Source: Adineta vaga (lineage: Eukaryota; Animalia; Rotifera). From it: a DNA stretch of 64,000 nucleotides. The position numbers and the translations under genes were made by a program. This document shows positions 14,261-25,819 of this stretch, in pieces (the first letter of the stretch is position 1; each line of letters opens with the position of its first letter). The notes beneath the pieces are model-generated. The model saw only the letters and a program-made list of their open reading frames with translations, searched no databases and was not told where the DNA came from. The stretch lies in NCBI GenBank assembly GCA_021613535.1, contig CP075495.1, forward strand, positions 6,386,001 to 6,450,000. Direction: 5' to 3'.

Positions 14261-17148
14261 CTGATACCATTGAAAATATGTGGTGTATCTGTTAAAGAAG
14301 TGTTATTATGAAAAACACATAGCTTTAAGTTGAAATTAGAAATCTAATGTATCACAATTTTGATCTTTCAAATAAATATTTGTAAACATTTTATCTAGTA
14401 ACTTTTCATAGTATAATCATGTTCTTTCAAAGATATTGATCGAAACATCTCTATCCAGAACTAAAATAATTGAAAATTATTATCATATCTAAACAAGGAT
14501 ATAATAAAAAGCATATGATAGATTGAAAGAAGACATCGAGTATGTGAGTATCGTATTATTATTTGACTTTTTCGATATTTTCATTCTGATGTCACATCAT
14601 GGTTGATTGCATTTTTCAATTTTTCTCGGTTATGTCTTGTGAGTACTTTTATTTTTCCTTTCAATTAATATATAAGTTTTGAATCTTTCTTGTGTACTCT
14701 TCGTTCAAGTGTTATATTACACCTAGGCATGATTTTGTTAAGATTGCATACAATAATCGAGGACTTGATGCGTCTATGTTAAATCATCTGACTACCGTTT
14801 CAGAGAAGTGGTTTATGCTTTTTAATTATTATATTTTTATTCAGTGAAATATTTCAAAGAATCGAATCAAATTGAATTTTATTCAAGAAATTTTCTTTCT
14901 TCATATTTCATTTTAACAATAATAACAATTTTCATCAATTTTTTATGTATGATTTCCTTTTTTTGAAATTCTATTAAATCTTTCGAATTCTTCTCATAAG
15001 AAAATATTAAAACGATTATTAAAAACATCAATAGAATTTTTTTAACATTTTTTGGTTCAATAGTTATTCTTTGTTTAAAAAATTCATAGAATTTATTCTT
15101 TTAATTCCAATCTTTATGAATTTTTCTCAATTATCCAATTGTCAGTTAAAACGATTTGAAGGTCACACTCGTAGTCCAATATCAAATCTTCTTGTTTCAT
15201 CTCTCAATTTAAACATATTTTACGATATCTTTCTCAAGTAAATATCGATGGAAGAATTTTTAATGATGATATTCTGATCAACAATGGTGAATCACACGAT
15301 ATAAAGATGTTTAATTGAAAGAATTTGTTTCGAAACAGTCGAATGGTATTCTAATGAATATTATTGAAGGAGAATCTTATCTTAGTTTTGATCAACATCA
15401 ATTAATTTGTATTGTTCGAACTATTGTAAAGAAAAGGAAAATTTTATCGATAATTGTTTACTATCTAAGTTATAAACAAAAAACAAGTTAGAATCTCCTG
15501 ACATTCATCTACATTATTTGATCGAATCAATGAGTAAATTATAAACAGAAGCATTTTTATTCAAGGTAAAAATGAATAACGATAAATATCGTTTTTTCTT
15601 ATGCATTTATGTACGTTATTTAATAGAAAAATCTAAATGAAATCTTCCTAATAAAAATATTCTTTGAGAGTCTCAATAATATTTTCTATTCTTAAATATA
15701 TTTTGAAATTTTTGTTCATTTTCATAGAAATTGACATAATTTTGAGCACGATGAAATTATCACCCTACTTTTGACTCTTTTCTTCACCTATATTATCATA
15801 AGAATAATGATTTGATTCAGACAATCGATTGATAATCGATTTGATCAGAAAGCTATAAAAAAAAGTATTGGTTTGTTTTTCTTGTTGCTTTTGAATAAAA
15901 ATGTCCTTGGACTTTATTGATAATTTCAAATTTTGATTGTTTATCTTTCAATGAATATGTTCAGATTGTGGAATTAGACATTTGTGACTCTCATTCGGAG
16001 TGACTCCAAAATGACACTAAGATAATCGATTATCTTGACTACAATAGATATTTTACAGACATTATGTAAAAATAGAAATTCGATTACACATTTCAAATAA
16101 CAAATACTATACAGTTATATATATTTCATATGAATTGGATTATTTTATTGAAGAATCCTGTGTCAAAAATTATATGAGTCTCATGCAATGATTCATACAC
16201 GTGAAAACGTATTCTTTTGGAATTTTCTTACAAGAATATTAGAAATTGATCAATTCCAAGTGTTGTATTGATTTCAAAAACAAACAAAAAGCTAAAATCA
16301 TTCTTATAATTGTCGTGTGATAAGAATTTGTTTTGTTCTATCCGTTGTAATATAAAATAAAAAGAGAAGTAAAAGCCCCGATTTCGTTTATCCATTATTC
16401 AGTTACAGTTCGTTAACTTTTCTTTCTTTCGCATATCCTCGTTTTATTATGAATAATTTTGTCGTTTTGTGTAAACAATACATCATTTTGTTCTAATTTC
16501 ATTAAAAACGACTTTAAAGGTCAGCAATACGCTTTTTATATAGGTTGTTTTACGTCGGGGAATTCACAATTTTACGAGGAATGGACCATTTCCCTACATT
16601 AAAAAGAAATTGTTTCAGTTCCAGGAGAAATGATTCAACCTCAAAAAGTCAAGCAGAATTTATATTAATGAATAAAATACAACTAGATATGGATTTTTTC
16701 TTAAAAAAAACATTTCCCTTTAAATTCAAACATATACACGATATCATGCAATAGATCATATGTATTCTTTCTTTCCATTTCTCCATAAATACGAACAATT
16801 TTCCGAATGACTACATACATTATCCACTGCTGAGGTTTTCAAAATACAACGATTGATCCTTATAAAAATAAAAAGACGCATTTTCTCTCAATCGTAACAA
16901 TATGCAGGTTTGAGTAGGAGGAGGGAGAGGGTCTTCCTCTCTTTAATAGGAGAAAAAACATCAATTTGCCAATTTTGTCCCTAACCCTTCCCCTGTCTAA
17001 GCAAAAAAAAGGAAGCTGTGCCTCTCACTCTCTCTGACAAATAAAACTGTGACGACGCCGTATCTTTTGCTCCCTCTCTCTCTGTCTCTCTCCCTCCCTC
17101 TCCCTCCCTCTATCTATGAAAAAAACAGAAAATATTCATTTGGACAGA

Positions 17149-17156
17149 GTATATAA
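17149..17156 (+). promoter_or_regulatory. TATA box of the hevein-domain gene
   Basis: gtatataaa lies ~30 nt upstream of an initiator-like cattcag, followed by a 5' UTR intron (gtaagt 17209 ... tttctag 17273) before ATG 17294. Confidence 0.55.
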
Positions 17157-17293
17157 ACGATCGTTTTTGCATTACAGAGACATTCAGCTTTATTTCACAC
17201 TTCGAAAGGTAAGTAATCTTATATCAAAAGTATTTCTAACATACGGTAAAATCTTTTTTTCTTATTTTTCTAGAGAAAATATCGAAACGTCAA

Positions 17294-17977
17294 ATGAAGT
17301 TGTTGGCTATTTTACTGTGTGTTGTTTTTGTTAGTAGCACTGTTGTTAAAGCAAACAGCATTGCAGATATTGACACCAATGAAAGTGATGAACAATCAGA
17401 AATGATAGCTAGAACTTCCAGCAAAACTCGACATGAAAGTGAAAGACGCGGATATATGCGATCATTAGCGGAACATATTTTAACTAACAAACGTGAACTG
17501 GGTACGTGTGCTGCTACAGGATGTCCAAGTGATAAATGTTGTTCTCAATTTGGATGGTGTGGCACAGGTGATGCATATTGTGGAGGAGGTTGTCAATCAG
17601 GATTGTGTTATGCAAATACATGTAATGTAAAAAGATCTTGCCCAACTGGTAAATGTTGTTCACAATATGGTTGGTGTGGTAGCACTGCTGAATATTGTGG
17701 CACAACCAATTCACAGTCTTCTAATTGTCTTGCTCTTGGTGCTAGTTGTACTAGCAGTGGTACTACTTGTTGTGGTGGTGCTCTTTGTATTGGCACTGTT
17801 TCTTGTGGACGTGGTGGTTGTCGTCGTCCTCCTGATATGTCAAAAGCGGTTTATACATGTAAGATTCCTTCTACTCCTCCTCCAAGTACCAACAACAACA
17901 ATAATAATAATGATAGTAACGATTTCTTTGAGTTTTTGAAAGCTCTCGGTGAAATTGGTAATGCTGTGGGAAGATAA
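17294..17977 (+). CDS. Secreted prepro-protein with two hevein (chitin-binding type 1, CBM18) domains and a knottin-like domain
   Basis: Signal peptide [20 protein letters not shown], acidic pro-region ending in KR, hevein signatures [24 protein letters not shown] and [16 protein letters not shown], then C-x6-C-x6-CC-x4-C. Confidence 0.9.
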   Translation: MKLLAILLCVVFVSSTVVKANSIADIDTNESDEQSEMIARTSSKTRHESERRGYMRSLAEHILTNKRELGTCAATGCPSDKCCSQFGWCGTGDAYCGGGCQSGLCYANTCNVKRSCPTGKCCSQYGWCGSTAEYCGTTNSQSSNCLALGASCTSSGTTCCGGALCIGTVSCGRGGCRRPPDMSKAVYTCKIPSTPPPSTNNNNNNNDSNDFFEFLKALGEIGNAVGR

Positions 17978-18294
17978 TAAATCAAGTAAGTTATGTCAAC
18001 ACAATATTGAATTTTGATGATAACACAATATATTTCTTTTGTTGTCTTAGTAGGAAAAGATAACTCAAATTATTATTATCAATCCAACATTATTTTCAAT
18101 CATCGTTTAAATACATTAACATTATCAAGTAGTTAGATTCATTTTCTTCTTCTTATCATTGCAACTAATTCTCTTTCTTTTCTCATATTCTCAGCTATTT
18201 TATCATTTAATTTTCTTTTTATTAATTTCCAATAAAAATATATTTACTGAAATTGTACTTTACTTGAACTATCGTGAATCGAAAATCTGACTAA

Positions 18295-18835
18295 GATATA
18301 AACATATGACAAGACCATTTTAACTTGACTTTTTTTAAAATTCTTCACTTTCAACACAAGCGGATTCCTTTTCATATGTTCAGCACTTCATGATCATCAC
18401 TCCAATAACTACATCTAATATAACATCATAACCAGTTGAAAAACTCATCTAGTTTTCCATTTAACCGCGACCTAAATATCTACTCTATCATTCGTGGAAT
18501 GCAATCAGTATCTATTGAGTACAAATTTCATGACAAATATATGAGGGTTTGAATGATATCTAATTAAGTAGTGCGTATTTAAGTGAAGATTAGATGACAA
18601 AATTGAATCAGTTTCTTAATTGGTTATAATGTTATATTACATGTAGCTATTGAAGTGATGATTACAAAATGCTGGAAAATGTGAGAAAAAGCCTAGTTGT
18701 AATGGAAATGAAGCGTTTTAAAAGTAAAATTTATGTTCGTAAAAAGTATTCTAACATCAGTATTTACGATTTGTGCTGAAGATTGAAAATTAAAAGAAAA
18801 GTAAAGTTAAAATCGTCTCGTCATATGTTTATATC
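18295..18835. mobile_element. Foldback/MITE-like element A (long imperfect inverted repeat)
   Basis: Left end gatataaacatatgacaagaccattttaactt is the near reverse complement of the right end aagttaaaatcgtctcgtcatatgtttatatc. Inner arms (18391-18436 vs ~18618-18664) also pair. Confidence 0.75.
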
Positions 18836-19131
18836 CTACGAGGAAGCAGTTCCAATTGTTCAATAGCTTTTGAGCTGATATTTTGATCATAGATATCATT
18901 CGAATATCCTCAAGATTTCAGCCGAAAATAGTGTACCCTAGTTGAGATATTGGATCGGAAAGAAATATTTGCTTTTCTAGCACGATACGCAAAATAACGA
19001 TTTGTTTACAAATCCAATGTCCTAATGAGGGTACACTATTTTCGGCTGAAATCTTGAGGATATTCTAATGATAATTACGATCAAAATATCAGTTCAAAAG
19101 CGAATGGACCGTTGGAATCGCTCTCTCGTAG
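18836..19131. mobile_element. Foldback/MITE-like element B (inverted arms of ~105 bp)
   Basis: Termini ctacgag...ctcgtag. Perfect 38-bp inverted match between 18902-18939 and 19028-19065. Confidence 0.8.
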
Positions 19132-20008
19132 AAGAGAATAGAATAAAAGAAAAACAAAGTAATATGTAGTTGGTGATTACTTATTTCGATCGCTATTCGA
19201 TGTAACTGGTCATAATTGATACCCTTCATAAACGCCTGTGTTCTCCATCTTGTGTATTGAAATCAATCATATCTCTTGAAAGATTAGAAAATACAAAAAA
19301 ATGCAGCATTTAAAGTTCTAGAATTCACGATAACAAGTGCATTATACATATGTATTTTTAAAGTGGAACATTGATAGCTTTGCTAGCAAGAGAATTTCCG
19401 CAGAAAATTTAATCTTTGATAACGAAGTCTTTTCTTCTTATTTTTGACTTTTTGTCACTTTTATTCATATGTAAAACTACCTATCCGTTGTAAATAGTAG
19501 AGGTTTTCATGCTGTATTTTTTCAAATATATTTTAGTCTTGGAAGGACCATATCAGAGATTGAAAAGCCTAAAGAAAACACAGCTGTTTGTTAGATCGTT
19601 TACTAAAATAGTTTTCTCGTAGTTCGAAATGATATATCTTCGCTGTAGCTTGAGCTATAGGTGTGGAAATTTCGCGCAACACTCGTCTAGTATTGATTGA
19701 CAATCGCTCCGATTTTAAGCTTTTCTTTAGTTGCTATGAGTGAGACAAATTTAATCTAGTTTGTGGAACTTTATGTGAATTACTCTTTTTTTCCATGTAT
19801 AAAGTGGCAAATTAATATCCCGACAGATTCGAACTATTGACGATTGTAATCTTGTAAATAACTATATAAAAAAACGATACTATAAGATACGATGTCAATG
19901 TTATTATTACTGTTTCATTTAATGATCTTAGAGCTTCATTGATCAGTTTTTGAAAAGGAGAATCAGCTGAATATGTAAATATATTGCTGCTCTTTCATTT
20001 ATATTGCG

Positions 20009-20088
20009 TAGGGATGAGTCACTTAATATTAAGCATTAAGCGACAAAACTTAACTTAATTTTAAGCTAAGCCAAATGGCTCACCCCTA
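20009..20088. mobile_element. 80-bp mini-element with hAT-like terminal inverted repeats
   Basis: tagggatgagtca ... tggctcaccccta (11/13 inverted match). TAGGGATG resembles Ac/hAT ends. No intact 8-bp TSD. Confidence 0.45.
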
Positions 20089-21716
20089 GTTATTAGCATT
20101 GATTTGTATTCGTATCGATTGAGTGCATGCGATGACTCGGTTGAAATTCGTCGTGATGTAGATGATCAATTCATCATTACAACAGTTTGGAAAAGAGTAC
20201 ATTAACGCTGTGAGGTTCAAATTATACAGTATTAAAAAGTGTGTTTATGTTTTAGTATTTGTAATTTTCATTTCATATTTAATAATATCCTCTTATCGTC
20301 ATGATGTAGAGAGAAATAAAATAAATAAAAACTATATGTGATTCCAATTGGTTTAAAGTTTCTAAAAATCTATATAGTAGATTATTATTTATAGTCAAGC
20401 CGTACTATCTTTCATGTAAACTCAGGAAAAGATGTGATCACGGATACTTATTGAAGTTAAATACAGAACTTCTCCATAAATATCATCGATTAGTTTCATG
20501 ATATAACATAGTTGGTATGATCCGTTGATTGCTAATGTTATGACTGAAGATAAAACCTACTACAACTAAATATGATTAATAGAATCATTGATTTTCTGCA
20601 TATTTACATCATTACATAGATTCTCAACTTTCTACTAATTAATCATATAGACAACAAGTACTTATATGATCTTTGATAGTCTCGAGGGAAAAGTCGGATA
20701 AGATCAATATCTCCATAGATTCTAGTAGTATTATATGTATGTATGCTGCGTCACATCGAAACAATTTGTTATTATATTATTGTGATACAAGTAATAATGA
20801 CGGTCTTTTTTTTCGTATAAGTAATATCAGCAGGCACTTCTATTGAGTATTGTTTTGATTACTAGATAGAAAAGGATATAGGTGACAATCAACTCCGGTT
20901 GTTGTCACGAAAAATAATACGACTACATTTAAATATAAATCACAGTTCCATAAGTTATTCGTCCAACTATCAAAATCTGCATATGAATACAAATGTTGCA
21001 ACCACTGATTTCTAAAACTGATTATTTTCTAAAAATTTTCTCCCGTCCTATCGATATGATACTTTCCTTGACAATACTTGTGGTTATTCATAGAATGCAT
21101 CATCTAGACTTTTCTCTCTTAGTCATAGATACTATAGAATATAATCTTTTCGTATATTATTAGTTTTATAGCATAAAAAAACATTAAATCTTTCATCGAC
21201 CTATCAGAGTTACGGTTTAGCTTCTATATAAAGAGATGAAATTCAATTCTAAGAAATGTTTTTTAATTTTACATAACAACATTTTTACTTTTAAACTGGA
21301 GTAAAGTCATGAAGCGTTTATTTTTCGTTTCTTCACATGCGCCATGTAATAAGCATCTACGTCTAGCATAGAATATCAAGAAGTATGTATCGATTGATCA
21401 AGCGTAACATTTTTCTTTTTTTCTTTTCTTTATAACCATTTGTATCTCATAGATCACGTAATCATTGACGAACATTTGATTTGAAAAAAAATTTCAAATA
21501 TCATCGATATACTCACATGAAAATAATCTTATATTAGTTTATGAATACGGATTCGTGTCTCTTTTCAAAGAACAGTTGTAGTGAAAAGACAGTCAACTCA
21601 AAATAACTATATTATAAACAAATTTTCTTATCAACATACTCTTAATGTTTACCGACTAAAACAATCTATTATGAATTGTGTTAATGAGAAGAATCAAACT
21701 ATATTAAATTAACATA

Positions 21717-24000
21717 ATGCAATTGACCAAAATGTTCAAGATTTTATTTATAGTATTTTTAACTGGTTTTGTATTTATTCTCTTTCGATTATTACACACT
21801 AAATCATCTTCACAATCAATCGATGAAAATCGTTATTCTTATGAAAGAAAAGAACAGCATTTACATGATGAATCTACTTCGACAGTGACACATATTCGAG
21901 TTATACCGATGCCACATTATGTTGATTTAAAAAAATCAAGTATCCTATTATCACTTAGCTTTGATCTGATAACAAATCAAAAATCGTCGAAGCATCTCAA
22001 ACTAGCACTTAATCGTTATTCGAAATATATTTCTTTGCTCACAGGAATTTCAGTCAATACTGATGTGACCTCGACTTCATCCGAAAATAATTTATTTATT
22101 GATTGTACTTCAAAGAATTGCAAAAACGATAAATATCCTGAACTTGGTGAAGATGAATCTTATACACTTAATGTGACAAAAACAGGATCATATCTATCTG
22201 CAATAACATTGACAGGTATCATTCGAGGTCTTTCCACATTTGTTCAATTGATTGAACGAGATAAATCATCCGATACAAGTTTTATTCCATGTGTGCATAT
22301 TGTTGATCGACCACGATTTGCATGGCGAGGTTTATTACTTGATATGTCTCGTCATTGGATGCCAGTTGCAGTCATTGAACGAACATTAAATGCAATGGAA
22401 ATGAGTAAAATGAATGTTCTTCATATGCATTTATCTGATGATCAAGGTTTTCGTGTCGAAAGTCTTGTATATCCGCTATTACACGATCGAAAAGATTATT
22501 ATAGTCAAAAAGATATTAAACATCTTGTTAAATATGCTGAAGAAAGACGTATTCGTTTGATACCAGAATTCGATGTTCCAGGTCATACGACAAGGTAACA
22601 ATCGCAACTATTGATCCTTTTCGAAAGAATAAACGATAGTTTCTTTTCTTCATTTTATTTACATCTGAATATTTTTTAGTTGGTTTGTTGGTTATCCTGA
22701 GTTAGCTACTGAACAAGGTACATATAAAATTTCTGATGAATGGGGTGTAATGAAGGCAACTATGGATCCGACAAAAGAAAATACATATAAATTTCTTGAC
22801 CGATTCTTTCAAGAAATGACTCAATTATTTCCTGATCCTTATTTTCATATTGGTGGTGATGAAGTCGAAGGTTCACAATGGAGACAATCATCATCTATTC
22901 AAAACTTCATAAGCGAACAAAAATTAAATAGTAACCAAGGTCTACAAGCTTATTTTAATAAACGTATTCAAAAAATTCTTAAAAACTACGAACGAATTAT
23001 GATCGGTTGGGAAGAAATTCTTGAGAATCTAGCAATTGATCAAGATGCAGTTATTCAATCATGGAAAAGTCGAGAATCATTGGTAGATGCTGTACGAAAA
23101 GGTTACCAAGCATTACTTTCTAATGGTTATTATCTTGATCATCTATCATCAGCATTAAGTCATTACAAAGTAGATCCCATTCATGATGATGAATTAAGAT
23201 TACTCAATAAAGAACAACGAAGTCATATTCTTGGTGGTGAAGCTTGTATGTGGGGTGAATATGTTTCACAAGATACAGTTGATTCTCGTCTTTGGCCTCG
23301 TACTTTAGCTGTTGCTGAACGTTTCTGGTCACCATCTTCAGTTAATGATCCAAAATCTGTTTATGAGCGTATGTTTCGTATGAACCATTTACTTGATAAA
23401 CTGGAAACAGGTGTTACACATATATCATTATACAAAACTCGATTACAAAACTTAATCATTGATGAAAACAAGAGAAAAGATCTCTTCCACCCTTTTGTTA
23501 TTTTAGCGGATGTCTGTGAACCATATGGTATCAATGATCGTTCAAAAACACATAAATACAAAATGTATACACCGTTAACAACATTTGCGGATATTTTACA
23601 ATCCGAAAATGAACATGTATGGAAACTACAAAATCTTCCACTTGACGATAAAACATATGCTGATGTTTTTCGCACTTGGTCTCTAAATCATGTTCGTTTA
23701 CAAGCTCTATTTGATGATGCTGGAAGAAGTAAAAATAAACAAATATGGGGACAAGATATTGAACAACTCTCAAAGAATTTAGCTCATGTTGGTCGAATTG
23801 GTTTGAAAGTACTCGATTATAATGAAAAGAAAACATTCCAATCTGAGAAAAATGATAGTATGAACACGTGGACAGTATCACATTGGATATCGCATCATCA
23901 AGCAGCGTTAGATCAATTGGAAAATGACGTTGCTGAAATTCGTTTAGCAGCTGTTCGACCAGTTCAACGTTTACTTCGATCTATAAAATTTACAAATTAA
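21717..24000 (+). CDS. Beta-N-acetylhexosaminidase, GH20, bacterial-type sequence; N-terminal signal anchor; one intron
   Basis: Exons 21717-22594 and 22680-24000 (GHTTS|WFVGYP). Motifs DRPRFAWRGLLLD, HLSDDQGFR, catalytic HIGGDE, GGEACMWGE, WPR...AERFWS. Confidence 0.93.
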
Positions 24001-24469
24001 ATTTGTATTTCTATTGTTTTTTAATAAAAGAAGATGTTCAAAACTTTATATCATACTCACGGGAAGGTTAACACAGTTTGCTATTATTGCATGAAATAAG
24101 CATTAAGAAATTAATATGATGATATTATCCGTAATGAATCATTTAACTACATCATTATGTGTATGTAAATTGATCATTTGTATATATAATATCGTTCTCT
24201 TCATATTGTAAAAGATTCTAGTTGATAATTGAATACACAACGAAAGTATATTCTGAAACATATTTTATAGGTGTAGACTCGATGAGAAAGCAGACCAAAC
24301 ATTGCATAGGTATACCAACATAATATAGGAATAAAATTTTGTTATCACAATTACGAACGCTTTGTTTCTTATCTAAAACATTCTACATGATGTGCTCTTT
24401 CTCTTGTGGTTTTGAAAAGCTCTCAAAAAGCAAATTTATACTAAGCATTGATGTATTGAAAAATATAGC

Positions 24470-25580
24470 ATGACCGGTGCATCGGCAACATCGAATAATG
24501 AGGATAATAATGACTCTTGTTCCGTCCTTCTTTTTGTCTTGTGCAAACATCATCCCATTCCATTATGCCTTGAATGTATAAAGCAGCATCATAACGATAT
24601 CCTACAGAATGCAAAACAATTTTTTCACGAATACAATGAACTACAAGAAACCGTAATAAACAAACAAAATATGATTGTCGATGAAGTAGTAAAGACGATA
24701 GAAGATACCAACAACTATTTCGATTCTTATATCGGTGAACTTCGTGAGACGCAACGCAAAATCATCAAAGATCTACAAATAGAAAGAATAAATCGTGGAT
24801 CAAACTCAATAAAAAAATCAAACATCAGGTGAATGACTCTCAGATGACAGAAACTGAGGATTTTGTTAAAACAAAGTCAATAGTGACTATCAAATTTGAT
24901 CTTTCTTTATTCATACCACTGGAAATACTTGAGAATCATGCTGCAACTGAACGCAATAAGAGCTGTCAAAGAAACGTAGAAGAACTATTCCCTATTGTAG
25001 ATGAATTTCCTGATGTAAAAGATCATACAATTGATGCAACAAAAGTAGACGATATTGAATCTTGGACAACATGTGTTGATTTGATAACATCATTACAAGA
25101 GAAAATCGTATTATGACATTTTAAAATGTTGATCGAATGGCGAGTGATGATAAAAATATTCTATACACAGCTTATTTTATGGTAGAATAGCATTCGAAAA
25201 TTTGTTTGTATCACTGAAGATACAGTTTATACAGTAGAATACATAGATCGAACACTTACGATTGTATGTACAATTCATGGCATATGGTCTAAGACTCGTG
25301 TCACAACGAATGCTCAATCACTTTTTCTCTGGATAAATTTTACCGACAACGAATTCAATAGTATTAAAGTCTACTCGATTAAATTCGATTCGTCCTAGCA
25401 TATGCACTGATAATACTGAAATTCGCATGAATGGAGCAGATCGATTCTTTGTAACGACAGTTCGACGAAAACTACATATAATTTCCTTCACTGGTATAGA
25501 GCAAACAATTGAACTTGACAATGATGGTCAATGTATTGCTGTTGGTGATGGAAGTCGTGATATTCAAATAATAAGCTATT
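24470..25580 (+). pseudogene. Frameshifted B-box-like/coiled-coil gene with a beta-rich C-terminal region
   Basis: LCKHHPIPLCLECIKQHH plus coiled coil. The frame breaks at the A7 run (24811-24817), with further stops and shifts at ~25116-25220, while coding-like text continues (KFVCITEDTVYTVEY...GIWSKTRVTTNAQSLFLW). Confidence 0.6.
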
Positions 25581-25644
25581 GAAACTATGAATTCTTTATA
25601 ATGTACTCTGATCGAAATAGAATTAGAAAATTTTCTTTTGAACA

Positions 25645-25810
25645 TTGCAAGATCAACTGATTTTGTTAAAATACATTATAGTTCAGTTTCATAAATAAAA
25701 TTATCATCAAAAAATAGAATAAAACTTCAAAATGAAAATATATTCCGAATACAATTTTTTCTCATTCAATTCGAGACTTTCAAATTGATTCATCATCAGT
25801 CATTCATTTC
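25645..25810 (-). promoter_or_regulatory. Candidate SECIS element(s) in the 3' UTR of the deiodinase-like gene
   Basis: Minus strand: ATGA-aactgaactat-AA-tgtattttaacaaaatcagtt-GA (25692-25653; aactga/tcagtt stem) and ATGA-tgaatcaatttg-AAA-gtctcgaattgaatga-GA (25796-25760; tcaatttg/cgaattga stem). Confidence 0.55.
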
Positions 25811-25819
25811 TAAGTTATT

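Noticed and set aside
16910-17110. GA/CT-rich tract with ccctaaccc resembling a telomeric repeat
   Set aside because: A single unit in low-complexity purine/pyrimidine sequence, not an array.
24811-24832. Programmed -1 frameshift at the A7 run joining ORFs 24470 and 24829
   Set aside because: Further stops and frameshifts downstream point to general decay or an indel, and no stimulatory structure was seen.
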